NCBI RefSeq assembly: GCF_004010195.1
Contig: NC_057719.1
Span: 39,732,252 to 39,796,251 of the forward strand
From: Chiloscyllium plagiosum
Lineage: Eukaryota
Direction: 5' to 3'
DNA length: 64,000 nucleotides
Within the stretch, counting starts at the first letter, position 1; each line of letters begins with the position of its first letter. Position numbers and translations under genes: made by a program. A model generated the notes under the pieces. The model was not told where the DNA came from, did no database searches, and saw only the letters and a list, made by a program, of their open reading frames with translations. This document shows positions 10,540 to 23,135 of this stretch, one piece after another.

Positions 10540-12570
10540 TGGAGGTGAGGTAATGTGTGGTCTGAAGGTATGGACTGGAGCCAAGGCCTGGCACGGACTA
10601 GAGGTGTGGTCCCAATACGATCTGGATGCGAGGTGCGGTATGGTCTGGAGGTGAGGCGCAGTACGTTCTGGAGTTGAGGCGCGGTATGGTCTGGAGGCGA
10701 GGCGTGGTAAGGTCTGGATGCGAGGTGCGGTACGGTCTGGAGGTGAGGCGTGGTAAGGTCTGGATGCGAGGTGCGGTACGGTCTGGAGGTGAGGCACTTT
10801 ACGGTCTGGAGGCAAGGCGCTTTACGGTCTGGAGGCGAGGCATGGTACGGTCTGGTAATGAGGTGTGATACGGTCTGGAATTGAGACGCGGTACGGTGTG
10901 GAGGTGAGGCGTGGTACGGTCTGGAGGTGAGGTGTGATACGGTCTGGAGGTGAGGTGTGATAGGGTCTGGCGGTGAGGTATCATACGGTCTGGAGGTGAG
11001 GAGCGGTACAGTCTGGAGGTGAGGCGTGGTACGGTCTGAAGGTGAGGTGTGATATGGTCTGGAGGTGAGGTGTGATATGGTCTAGAGGTGAAGTGGTATA
11101 TGGTCTGGAGGCAGAGTGCGGTACGGTCTAGAGGCAAGGCGTGGTACAGTCTGGAGGCAAAGTGCGGTACGGTCTGGCGGTGAGGTGCGGTAAGGTCTGT
11201 AGGTGAGGAGCGGTACAGTCTCGAGGTGAGGTGTGATACGGTCAGGAGGTGAGGAGCGGTACGGTCTGGAGGCGAGGTGTGATACGGTCTGGAGGTGAGG
11301 TATCATACGGTCTGGAGGTGAGGAGCGGTACAGTCTGGAGGTGAGGCATGGTACGGTCTGAAGGTGAGGTGTGATATGGTCTGGAGGTGAGGTGTGATAT
11401 GGTCTAGAGGTGAAGTGGTATATGGTCTGGAGGCAGAGTGCGGTACGGTCTTGAGGTGAGGTCCGGTACGGTCTGGAGGCGAGGTGCAGGACGGTCTGGA
11501 GGTGAGGTGTGGTACGGTCTGGAGGCGAGGCATGGTACGGTCTGGAGGTGAGGTGTGATACAGTCTGGAGGCGAGGTGTGATACCGTCTGGAGGCGAGGT
11601 GTGATACGGTCTGGAGGTGAGGTGTGATACCGTCTGGAGGCGAGGTGTGATATGGTCTGGAGGCGAGGTGTGGTACTGTCTGGAGGTGAGGTGCAGTACG
11701 ATCTTGAGGTGAGGTGCGGTACGGTGTGTAGGCAACGAACGGTACGGTCTGGAGGCGAGGCGCAGTACGGTCTGTAGGTGAGGAGAGGTTCGGTCTGGAG
11801 GTGAGGAGTGATACAATCTGGAGGTGAGGTGTGATATGGTTTGGAGGAGGAGTGGTATGGTCTGGAGGTGAGGTGTGATACGGTCTGGAGGTGAGGAGCG
11901 GTACAGTCTGGACGTGAGGTGTGATACAGTCTGTAGGTGAGGAGCGGTACAGTCTGTAGGTGAGGAGCGGTACGGTCTGTAGGCGAGGCGCAGTATGGTC
12001 TGCAGGTGAGGAGTGGTACGGTCTGTAGGCGAGGTGTGCTACAGTCTGTAAGTGAGGAGCAGTAGAGTCTGCAGGTGAGGCGCATTACGTTCTGAAGATG
12101 AGGTGTGATTCGGTCTGGAGGTGAGGAGCGGTACAGTCTGTAGGTGAGGAGCAGTACGGTCTGTAGATGAGGAGTGGAATGATCTGTAGGCGAGGTGCGA
12201 TACAGTCTGTAGGCAAGGTGTGGTATGGTCTGTAGGCGAGGTGCGATACGGTCTGTAGGTGAGGAGTGGAATGATCTGTAGGCGAGGTGCGATACGGTCT
12301 GTAGGCGAGGTGCGATTCGGTCTGTAGGCAAGGTGTAGTACGGTCTGTAGGCCAGGCGCGATACGGTCTGGAGGTGAGGAGGGATACAGTCTGGAGGTGA
12401 GGCGCAGTACGGTCTGGAGGGGAGGCACAGTACGGTCTGGTGGGGAGGCGCCGTACTGTCTTGAGGCGAGGTGTAGTACAGTCTGATGGGAAGACGCGGT
12501 ACTGTCTGGTGGTGAGGTGCAGTATGGTCTGGTGGGGAGACATGGTACCATCTGGTGGGGAGGCCCTGTT
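10540..12570. repeat. 23-bp minisatellite array (~88 units), consensus ~CGGTCTGGAGGTGAGG(T/C/A)GCGGTA
   Basis: Continuous 23-nt periodicity; internal block duplications at offsets 322 (14 units) and 92 (4 units). Confidence 0.97.
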
Positions 12571-12579
12571 TGATCTGCT

Positions 12580-12752
12580 TGAAGGACTGTAATGCTGAAA
12601 TTTTTATTTCTTTATTGTTTTAGTTTACTCCTAAGATCTTGAATTTAGGTACCTTTGTATCTAAGATGGTGCTGTAACTGATGATTTTGTAACTTTCCAC
12701 TGTACTCATGTGAGTTCATGAGATAATAAACCTAATTTTAATTCTAATTCTA
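12580..12752 (+). mobile_element. 3' tail of a non-autonomous retroelement (related copy at 29590-29705)
   Basis: CTAAGATGG(T/C)GC...TTTGTA..TTT.CACTGTACTC...GAGT.CATG..A.AATAAA followed by ATTCTA repeats, shared by both copies. Confidence 0.6.
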
Positions 12753-15700
12753 ACATATTTCTATAGTTCATGGAGTTTATCTCGCCAATGATACAAACTG
12801 CTGCTACTGATGTGTTGCCAATCAGCAAGCTGCCTGTTCCGGACGATATCGAGAATATTAAATATTGTTGGAGCTTCCCTCACATTGGAAAGTGGGAAGC
12901 ATTCCACTGCATTCTTGACATGTGCTTTCTAGATTGTGAACAGATTTGGGATGTCAGGAAATAATTTACACATTGTGGGATTCCAAGCCTTTGAACTGCT
13001 CTTGTAACTACAGCCCTTCTATATGCTACTTCAGTTCAGACTCTGGTCAATGACCTCCTCAGGATATTAATAGTGGGGGTTTCCATGATGGCAATGCCAT
13101 TGAATGTCAAACAGTGTTGGTTAGACTCTCTCTTATTGGAGATGGTCGTTGCTGGTACTTGCCTTTTGTGAGGCCAAGCCTCAATATTGTCCAGGTCTTC
13201 CTGCATTTGGTCATGAACTGCTTCAGTATCAGGCAATGCTGCTGACCATTGTGCAACTATCAGTGAACACCACCAGTCTTGAACCTATGATCAAGTAAAA
13301 GTCATTGTTGAGTGACAGAAGATGGTTGTGCCTAAACCACAACCCTGAGGTAGTGGTCAGTGACTTAAGGTCAGGAAACAGTAAAATTACATTTCATTCA
13401 CAGTTGTTGAGTGAAATGACAAAATTCCTAATTCTAGAATATCATAAAGCTTACAATTGTACTGAAAATGAGTTACTTTAAGTAATAAGTTATGGGATGT
13501 ATCATTTTAATCAGAACTGGAAAAAAGTTAGAGATGTCGTACAGAGGTACAGAGGTCGGGAAAGAACACAGAAAGTTAATTTGATTTTTGCTCTTGAAGA
13601 TGCTAGCTGGTCAGTTGGGTGGTTCCAGTTTTTTTGTTTTGTTTTTATTTTCTGGTATTAATTTTGTGATTATTAAATTGAATGAGTCAGCTACTAAGGA
13701 GGGAGCTTGTGGAATATTAGCCAAGATGTTGAATTTACTTGTGTACATTTTCCAATGGTTGGTAGTTCTCCTTCAGCCTCCTAGATAATTAAGCACCTTA
13801 TGAAATTGGAAATCGGAGTGGTCCACACATACCTTTTAATATTGATTTTTACTGGATTTAACTCCTTCTCTGTAATGATCTTACTAGGACTGATAACCCG
13901 TCCACAGAAAAGTGTGTGTGTGTGTGTCTTCTGATTGAGAAACAAGTGAAACTGTACTGCAACTTCTGCTTATCTGAGATCATGCACTTTATAATTTTCA
14001 ATTTTAAATCGTGTCTGCAAGTATAAATGTCTGACATACATTAGCAAAATGTCATGTGGTTTTCAATCATACCCCAGCTTGATGACTATTCCTCAAATCA
14101 TGTAGTTTGCAGGAAATTGATATTAATAACTGTGCCAAAGCTTATTATGCAGCCAGCATCTTTTAACCCTGTGGTAGTACATCAGCTGTTGAAGGATGAA
14201 TTTTCAGTGCTGATTTCCTGTATTCTTCCTAAGACTCCTGAGGAATCTAGCCAGGAAATTACTACAGATTATTCATTACTAATTTTCTGACTGCCAGGTC
14301 CAGCAACTTCTCTGGCATGTCTTTAGTTTCAAGAGCAGTCATTAGACTGCATGTAGGAGCTTAATGTAATAAATAAGAAATTCCCACCTGCAGTAAGGCA
14401 TTAAATTTAAACTTAAAAAGTAAGCATTAAAGTTAAAACCAATTTAAAGGAGTAGTGCTTTCAGAGATAAGATCTCTCCATGAACCAGGGATGGATGGGT
14501 TAAATGCAGAAAATATTTGTGCTCAATTTGGTGAAAGTATGGAGTGTTTCTGTGAATGGGGAAGCAAGAGTAAGATGTTGTGGATTAAAGGCAGAAAGAT
14601 GGCAATATTGCTGTAAAGAACAGAGTGGACTCCCTTTGAAGAGGTGGAATTTTAGATATCAGTCGCTCATCTGAATGCCTTTTAATTTTACAATTTTCAA
14701 GGTTATATCTACAAACTGAGAAATGAATACTTTTAGAATGAATTTGATGTCACAATGTTTATGAAAAAAAGTTCAAATGTTCCAAAGATGCATGCTCCTG
14801 GATTCACTTAAAAATGCACAAGGTGGCTTGGTGAAGGGTTGGGAATGGAATGGTATCTATACAAAAGAGTGTTTAGAATTCTAAACTTCCCACCTTGACT
14901 CCTGAGTGGTGATAAGCATGTTAGCGTCATCTGTACCTATGAATCTTCCTCCACTGAGCCTTTTACTAAAATTAAACCTTTGTTGTGACATTAATTGCAA
15001 TTCTCACTGGTTGGAATTCTTCAAGTCCTGGTATCCAAGGTAACTAAATTTAAGGTGAATGTGTAATCCTGGAAACAAGCATAGAATAATTAAATATTGT
15101 GACGGTGTATCCTTAGTCCACAAAATAACTACAAAAGGCAACGACCATTTGCCTGAAGCACCCCATTTCATTAATCCTTGATTCCATCTAGGGTTTTTCA
15201 CCTTTGGTGTGCTATGAGTGTCAACCACACTCTGTATGAAGTAAGCATTCTAGATACTTGAGGATATCTTTATCATCCATTCTCTGTGTCAAATTATGTA
15301 TTTGCTGAATTGCTCATTTTGGAAATTGCTCTCTGAAATTGATGAATTGACACAACACAATCAGTTAAACAGATCCTCTGACATCTGCTTCTTATAAGTA
15401 GAACAAGGACTAACCAAGCTTGACATCATTGAATTACAATTTTCTGATTAATCCAGTTTTTTCTTTACTCTTTTTCCTTCTTTTTCCTTCTTGTCTTGCC
15501 CTAGCCTTTCATATTAAAATCTAGCAATTGGTGAAGTTAAGAAAAAGCACTTAGAACTAATAATAGTTAATGTAAAAAATTAACATTTTCTGAGGAACAT
15601 GCCCCTAAACTCGCTGACCTGTCTATACTTTGTAGAAGTGCAGAGCTGTAACCATTAAGTTAGTAATATAACATCATTCGAAATATGGTTCCAGCTATGC

Positions 15701-15839
15701 TTTTCTCTTTGTGGGATATGTGCAATATTCCATGTTACGGTCCTAGTCAGACTCACACCCACAACTGTTTTTCTGATACATTGATGCTTCCTGCTCTTGT
15801 CCAAAATTGGAAAAGTTAATCCAAAATTGACATCCTTCT

Positions 15840-17082
15840 CCCACTTTTACTTGGTACACCTCCTGACTCTTCCCTTCCCTTCATTGACTTCACTGTTTAA
15901 ATTTTCAAGGATAAGCTGTCCACTGATATCCATTACAAGCCCCCTGATGCTCACATTTACCTCAACGGCACCTCTTCACACTCTGCTTTTTGCAAGGATT
16001 TCATTCCATTCTCCCATTTTCTTTGACTCTGTTGCATCTATTCTGATGGTGCCACTTTCTGACATGACCTTTTTGCTCAACCAAGGTTACACCCACCCCC
16101 ACCTCCATTGTGGTGGATAGGATCTTCAGCCATTTCTGATCCATCTCTCACACTTCTCCTCTTCACTCTTCTCCTCCTTCCCAAAACAATGATAGGATTC
16201 CTCTTACTTTGAACCCTACTCATCTCTGCATTCAAAGGATCATTCTTTGCCTTTTCCCTCCAGCAAGATGTCACCAACAAATGCATCTTCCTCTGCCCTT
16301 CACTGTCAGCATTCAGCAGAAAATGTGTCCCCTTTGACATCCTGGTCCACTCCTACATCATTCCTAACTTTCTCACTCCCCCATGGCATCTTCTCATGCA
16401 ATTGCAGAAAGTGTAATATTTGCCCATTCACCTTATCCCTCCTCACATTCCAAGGCCCCAAGTACACTTTCCAAATGAAACAATATTTCACTTATACTTC
16501 TTTCAGACTAGCCTATTGCATTCACTGTTCACAATGTAATCTTCTTTACATTGGTGAGATCAAACTGAGACTGGGTGACCCACCTTATGGAAGACTTCTG
16601 TTCTTCCAAAGGAATGACCTCCCAAATTGCTTACCTTTTCAACTTTTCATTTCATCATACTCTCATGCTAATGTTTCTGACCTGGGCCTGCTGCAATATT
16701 CCAATGAAACACAACACATGCTTGTGGAACAGCTCATTTACTGCTTGGGCACTTTACATGCTAGAGGCCTCAATATTAAGTTCAATACCTTCAGAAACTT
16801 GACCACATTATGTCTACTCTTCATTTTGTTTTTACATTCCCTGTCATTACACCACCATCCCGCAACAGCCTTGATGTATTTATGTCTTTTTGGCTTTACT
16901 CTTAGTAGAGAGGACCCATTCCCTCCCTTTCACATCTCGGCCTCTGTCAAATGTATAAAAAATTTCCCAAAACCTTTCAGTTCTGGAGAAGAGTCACAAT
17001 GAATTCAAAACTCTGTTTCTATCTCCATAGATGCTGTCATACCTGCTGAGTTTCTCCAACACTTTCTATGTTTCTTTCAGAT
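15840..17082 (+). mobile_element. Degraded Penelope-like element: RT C-terminus, GIY-YIG endonuclease, 3' pLTR
   Basis: ORF 16247-17002 contains CNCRKCNICP and AYCIHCSQCNLLYIGEIKLRLGD (GIY-YIG). A pLTR with decayed hammerhead lies at ~16980-17080. Confidence 0.85.
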
Positions 17083-18049
17083 GTGAATTATAGAACCATA
17101 CAATGATACAAAACAGAAGGCCGCCAATAGGCCTGGCATACCAAAAGAATGGTTTTAAATGCGTATCTTTATCTTTGCTGTCAATGGAAGTGTGATTTTC
17201 CACATCAAAACTAACATTAGGACAGAAACAAATAGACTTTTGTTTTTATATTATAATAACTAACCTCTGTTTGCTTTAAAGAATATCACGCTTGCTAGAA
17301 TTCCTCCTTCTGAATAGCATGAAAATTTTGACTCTATATATTTAATAGTCCTTGGAAAAATTGATGTTGTTCTTCAACCACGAAGTACTTCATATAACAA
17401 TCTAGTTAGGAGTTGATAAAGTTTAGCTATTGATTGTGATCAAACCAAGATTTCAAAAATCACTTTCTGCATTATGTCCTCATGTGCTCATAAGCAACAT
17501 TCCTTTTAAAGTATTGTGGTAATTAAACTAAATTTTGCATGGTAACATTTTTATCAGAGTTTCTTATGGATTTCTTCAGCTAATCCTTTTAGAAAGAGCA
17601 ATATAAAGTCACTTAGGAATTGCAAACGTCAACAAATAAAAAAAAAACCAAACCTTAAGTCCCAACAATATTTATTTTATAAAGCATTATGCAAATCTTT
17701 ACTGTTTTTGCATGTAGCCACATTTTCCAGAAGTATTTTTAGCAGTAGCGGAACTGACGAATATTTTGACAGTCAACAAATTTAAAACAGAAATTATCTT
17801 GAGAAAGAAATATAGAAAGAGAAACTTTAAAAAAATGCCAATTCTTTCGGGTGTCATGTTTCACCTGAACTGCAATATCTTTTGAAATATCCAACTAATC
17901 AGTAGAATTTAGGCAAACATTTACATTTAAGGCATAACATAAAATGAAACCACAGCAGAGATGAAAAACAGATGCTGGTGGATTGCCAATCAATGAGATG
18001 GAAATTGGATGGGTGTATAAGTTGTTATTCATCCACTTGCAGATGTTTT

Positions 18050-19030
18050 TCACATATTCCAAAGTAAAATTTCATCCCCATGCTTTGTAAAAAACGTCTT
18101 TAGCAGTAGAAATCTTTTCAAAGTATGTGGCAGTACACTTAGGAAGTATTGATGTAAAAAAGATCTTGTTGTGCAGGTCCATAGGTCCCAACACAGGTGG
18201 ATAAGGTGATTTAAAAACATGTACAACATGCTTGCCTTCACTGGTTGGGACATTGAGTATAAACGTTGGCAAGTCACATTGTAGCTGATTAAAAAAAAGT
18301 ATTTTTAATCACCCTGTTTAGAGTTGCTATCACACACCTCTGGAGCAGGTGAATCTTGAACCCAAGCCCCCTGCGCAGTGGTAGGAACACTACCATTGCA
18401 TCATAAGAGGGCTTTAAATCCATAATCCTTTATTTTCTAATTAACCCATTCAGAACTGTTTTTACATACAGTGGGACTTGAACCTGGGTATCCTGGTTCA
18501 GAAGTAGAGATGCTACCACTTTGCCACAGGAAATACAAATATTGCAGGTGTATAAAATTTTAGTTCGGCCATATTTGGAGTATTATGTGCAGTTCTGATC
18601 ACTACACTATATAAAGTATGTGGAGTATTTAGAGAGGGTGCAAAAGAGGTTTACCAGGATGTTGCCTGGATTGGAGTATATCAGATATAAGGAGCGGTTG
18701 GACAAACTTGGATTGTTTTTGTTAGAGCACCAGAGGCTGAGGGACGACCTGATATGAATATATAAAATTATGAGAGGCACAGAAAGGTGGATAGTCTTTT
18801 TCCCTAGATTAAAATGTCAAATGCAAGCCAATTTTTTTTTATGAGGATAGTAGATGCCTGGAAAATACTGCCTCGGGGAAGTGATAGAAGCAGAGACCAA
18901 AGCAATGTTTAAGAGGCACTTAGTCAGACACATGAGCAGGCAGAGAATAGAGGGATATAGGCCATATGCAGACAAGTGGGATTATGGTTAGCACAGACAT
19001 GATGGGCCATAGGGTCTGTTTTGTGCTATA
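18050..19030 (+). mobile_element. CR1-type LINE 3' half interrupted by a SINE-like dimer
   Basis: GTTCGGCCATATTTGGAGTATTATGTGCAGTTCTG (VRPHLEYCVQFW-like); AGAGAGGGTGCAAAAGAGGTTTACCAGGATG. Confidence 0.8.
18300..18530 (-). mobile_element. Tandem pair of short tRNA-like SINE units (family also at ~3465-3560 and ~35480-35590)
   Basis: Two related units with CTTGAACC (B-box-like) and GTAG...CTACCA.TGC. Confidence 0.55.
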
Positions 19031-20466
19031 TTTAAGTTTAAGGTCAGGAGTAAGTGGTTTTGAAGAAATCTGAGATATCTTTCTGCCGGGATGGTAGAAA
19101 TATGGGACATAGTCCCTGACAGGATGGTGGAGGCAGGTACACTCACAACATTTAAGGAGCATCAGGATGACCACTTAAAATGCCAGTGCATGGGAGGCTT
19201 TGGACCGAGTGTGGGGGTAAATGGGATTAGTGTAGTTTGGTGTTTGATGTTCAGCAGACATGATTGTTTGAAGGGTCTGTTTTTTATGCTGTATGATTCT
19301 GTGACTAAACTATTTGATTCTCTTGTGCCACCTCATTCCCCAGAACCAGATTATCATTGCCTCTTTCCTTATCCAGTGGAACAGTGACCCAGAAATATCC
19401 AGCAGCACAGCATTTTGGATTCATTGTTGTAGCCACAGAAATATCTGTCTGTTCTCCCAACTATAGAAATCCCCTATCATGATTCCTTTTCTGTAACTCT
19501 CCCTGCTTCCTTTGTAGCTGAGTTACATCTAGTGCCATAGGATTGGCTATGGGTTGCACTGAGCAGACTTCTTGACTGGTTGCCAGTCATCCATTCTGTC
19601 CCTGTGTAACATTAAGCTGTGAATCACATTAAGAATTGGGCTATCCACTTGGCTCTCAGCCTTGCAGATGTGGTCAGTGATGACAGCTGCTGGAGGAGTT
19701 GGATCTCCCAGTCTGAGCTGTATAGTTTGCAACATTTTCTGCCCATGTGATTGTCTGGAATGAAAGAAGCATCCTGGAATTTGCAAATGGAAAAAAACAT
19801 GCAATCCAGAGGACTGTGGTTCCTTACCATGTTTCTATTTATTGGAATGTCTAAGCATAACAGAAATAAATCAGAGATTTGTTAAAACGTGTTAAAAAAT
19901 ACTCATTTCTTTATTAATCATTAGTTTCCCATTCATTTATATCATTTTGGTCTTAAAGTCACCTGCCGTTCACTTAGTTTTCACTTGCTCTAAACATGCT
20001 TGTTCAATTATTCAGAGGCAGTGATACACTTTGTGATGTATCAGTACAATTATGGTAACATAATGCTTAAGTTTCTCACTTGTAATCCAGACTCTAGAAC
20101 TAATGATCTGGAGAAACAGGACTGAATTTCGAGTGCCTGATTAGGCAGGCACAGAATTCCCTGTTCTTTGCCGTCACGTCAGTTCCCTGGCTTAATTCCA
20201 CCATTTTCTTGGACAGAAAATGAGGAAGACAGGCTTATCCAACCACAAGTAGAGGATAGTTAATTGATCAGGACAATGGATTTTCCAGTCACTCTCCAAA
20301 TCCCTGTGGGCAGCAGGAAATAGTTTGGTTGCTTGGAGAAAGCCTCCTAGCACCAGACCAGGAAGACCAGGCAGTTTTAGTTGCCCTGTTTGCTCACCTG
20401 GTGTCAACTGCAGGTCACCCTGTGGAGACACTCACTGCACCGCCACACCCCATCTCTTTCTCTCTC

Positions 20467-20492
20467 ACACACACACCCACACACACACACAC
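20467..20492. repeat. (CA)n microsatellite
   Basis: Direct observation. Confidence 0.9.
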
Positions 20493-20641
20493 AATGGTGA
20501 GTAGCTGCAAAGGCTTTTGTAAAGGTTAGGGACAGCATCTTCACTTTCAGGTGTCCTATTTCTCACTTTTCTGTCAAACTGCAAAGCTTCCATCTGACCC
20601 TCCAACATTGGGATCCTGTCCACTATTCTTAACTTACCATT

Positions 20642-20955
20642 GGGGCGGCACGGTGGCTAGCACTGCTGCCTCACAGTGCCAGAGACCCGGGTTCAATTCC
20701 CGCCTCAGGCGACTGACTGTGTGGAGTTTGCACGTTCTCCCCGTGACTGCGTGGGTTTCCTCCGGGTGCTCCGGCTTCCTCCCACAGTCCAAAGATGTGC
20801 AGGTCAATTGAATTGGCCATACTAAATTGTCCGTAGTGGTAAGGGGTAAATGCCCGTAAGGGCTAAATGTAGGGATATGGGTGGGTTGCGCTTCGGCGGG
20901 TCGGTGTGGACTGGTTGGGCCGAAGGGCCTGTTTCCACACTGTAATGTAATCTAA
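20642..20955 (+). mobile_element. HE1-type SINE (young, CpG-rich)
   Basis: GGGGCGGCACGGTGGCTAGCACTGCTGCC head, GGTTCAATTCC B-box, GGGCCGAAGGGCCTGTTTCC tail. Confidence 0.92.
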
Positions 20956-21265
20956 AAATTAGTTCAGAGACAACCACAGCACAAGCCTCTGGTTCCCATT
21001 TGAACTGCAAACTGGTGCCTGGAGCCCTCCAGGAAGAATTCTGCCCATTAATTCAAATTCCATCACGGCACTGAGACTTTAAAACATTAAATAGCTGTTT
21101 GGTATTACAGAGCTTGAGTATTGCTGAAATAGGCATGTTTTGTTGAAGCTTTTCATCTTGCGTCTCGCACCAAACAAAATCTGTCTTTTTTCAGCAATAC
21201 TTAAAATTAGTTAATTAAACAAAAAAAATCAGAAATGCTATTTTTGTAACAACTGAATTGTCATA

Positions 21266-21579
21266 CGGTGGCATAGTGGTTAGCACTGCTGCCTCACAGT
21301 ACCAAGGACCCAGGTTCAATTCCCGCCTCAGGCAACTGTCTGTGTGGAGTTTGCACATTCTCCCCGTATCTGCGTGGATTTCCTCCGGGTGCTCCAGTTT
21401 CCTCCCACAGTCCAAAAATGTGCAGGTTAGGTGAATTGGCCATGCTAAAATTGCCTGTAGTATTAGGTGAAGGGGTAAATGTAGGGGAATGGGTCTGGGT
21501 GGGTTGCTGTTTGAGGGTGAGTGTGGACTTGTTGGGCCAAAGGACCTGTTTCCACACTGTAAGTAATCTAATCTAATCT
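21266..21579 (+). mobile_element. HE1-type SINE
   Basis: Same head, body and tail as other copies. Confidence 0.92.
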
Positions 21580-21775
21580 ATAAAACCTATCTGGTTTACA
21601 TTTTTGGGGAAAGAAATTACACATTTTTACTCAGTCTAGCCCACAACTGATTCTGGACCTACTACAATGTGGTTCACTCTTCATCGCCCTCAGAAATAAC
21701 TTAGTTAACCATTCAGTTTTATGAACTACTGCACAAAATTATAATAATAAAAATTGACAAACCACCTGGCATAAT

Positions 21776-22034
21776 GTTTGCATATTCTCCCCATGTCTGC
21801 ATGGGTTTCCTCCGAGTGCTCCGGTTTCCTCCCACAGTTCAAAGATGTGCAGGTCAGGTGAATTGGCCATGCTAAATTGCCCATACTGTTAGGTGCATTA
21901 GTGAGAGAGAAATGGGTCTGGGTGGGTTACTCTTCGGAGGGTTGGTGTGGACTGGTTGGGCCGAAGGGCCTGTTTCCACACTGTAGGGAATCTAATCTAA
22001 TCTAATCTAATCCACTCCAATCTAATCTAATCTA
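21776..22034 (+). mobile_element. HE1-type SINE, 5'-truncated, with extended (TCTAA)n tail
   Basis: Body and tail match; tRNA-like head is absent. Confidence 0.9.
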
Positions 22035-22299
22035 AACAACAGATTGGAATGCAATAAAGGGCACATCCTTCTCAGTTGACCATGCAGTGCTTCCTTGTTA
22101 ATATCTGGGGATTTTTGCCAAATTTGGGAGAGGCATTCTTTAAGCTCTAAAAGAAAACCCTGGCATATTATTTCTATCATAGTCTAGAAGATATAAAAAT
22201 GTGATTATGTCCCAGAAACATCTGGGAGTCATTCAGTATTGACTTCAGACCCCATAAAGTTTCATTGCATCAGGTCACACAACATCATTCACACTAAGC

Positions 22300-22765
22300 A
22301 AGGGTTCAGAAAAGATTTACAAGGGTGTTTCCAGGGTTGGAGGATTCGAGCTATCAGGTGAGGCTGAATAGGCTAGGGCTGTTTTCCCTGGAGCGTTGGA
22401 GGTTTATAAGGCTTATAGAGGTTTATAGTATCATGAGGGGTATGGATAGGATAAATAGACAAGGTCTTTTCCCTGGGATGGGGCGTCCAGAACTAGAAGG
22501 TAGAGGTTTAGGGTATGAGGGGAAAGATATAAAAGGGACCTAAGGGATAAATTTTTCACACGGAATGAGATGCCAGAGGAAATGGTGGAGGCTGGTACAA
22601 CTACACCATTTAAAAGGCATTTGGATAGGTATGTGAATAGGAAGGGTTTAGAGGGATATGGGCCAAGTGCTTGCAAATGAGACTAGATTAGATTAGGATA
22701 TCTGGTCAGCATGGATGGGTTGGACCAAAGGGTCTGTTTCCGTGCTATACATCTCTATGACTCTA
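22300..22765 (+). mobile_element. CR1/HER1-type LINE 3' fragment
   Basis: FPGLEDSSYQVRLNRLGLFSLERWR...IEVYSIMRGMDR peptide; CTCTATGACTCT tail. Confidence 0.9.
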
Positions 22766-22839
22766 AGTGCTAAACAATGACACTGTTTAGCAAGCACGAA
22801 TCTAACTAACCCACTCTAATGCGAGGGCGTCAGCAATAT

Positions 22840-23135
22840 CTGCATTAGCAGCACTCTTGTTTCAGTGTCACAAGGTTTCAGGTTTGAATCCCACTTCACA
22901 GCCTGAGTACTATAATCAAACCTGATACTCCAATAAAATATGAAGGAAGATCCACACTGTGAGAGATGCCATCTTTTGGATCAAATGTTCAACCTAAGTC
23001 TCGCTTGCTTACTCATGTGGACGCAAATATCCTGTTTATGGAAGTTTTGCGATGCACATATTAGCTACCCCATGTCCTACATTAGAATAATGAATATATT
23101 TAAAAAAGTACGTCAAGCACTTTGGAAAATTTGGT
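22840..23135 (+). mobile_element. DeuSINE-like (SacSINE1-like) relic
   Basis: tRNA-like head followed by CACACTGT.AGAGATGCCATCTTTTGGAT.AAATGTT.AACC, resembling the Deu-domain as recalled. Confidence 0.55.

Larger units (their letters stand above)
9915..13350 (-). mobile_element. Degraded shark CR1/L2-group LINE split by insertions (pieces ~9915-10242 and ~12808-13350)
   Basis: 3' tail GATGTGGATGTCACTGGCTAAGCCAGCATTTATT; minus-strand peptide TEAVHDQMQEDLDNIEAW (post-YADD region). Confidence 0.65.

Noticed and set aside
10318..12551. Long overlapping ORFs (up to 342 aa) rich in P/R/H/T
   Set aside because: They arise in all three minus-strand frames from a 23-bp repeat lacking stops on the C-rich strand. 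The unit is not a multiple of 3 and there is no domain or splice support.
10540..12570. CRISPR array
   Set aside because: Units are head-to-tail with no unique spacers, there are no cas genes, and the context is eukaryotic.
15004..15246. Possible exon near GTAAGC at 15241
   Set aside because: No matching acceptor or open frame on that strand, and the minus-strand ORF is unrecognisable.
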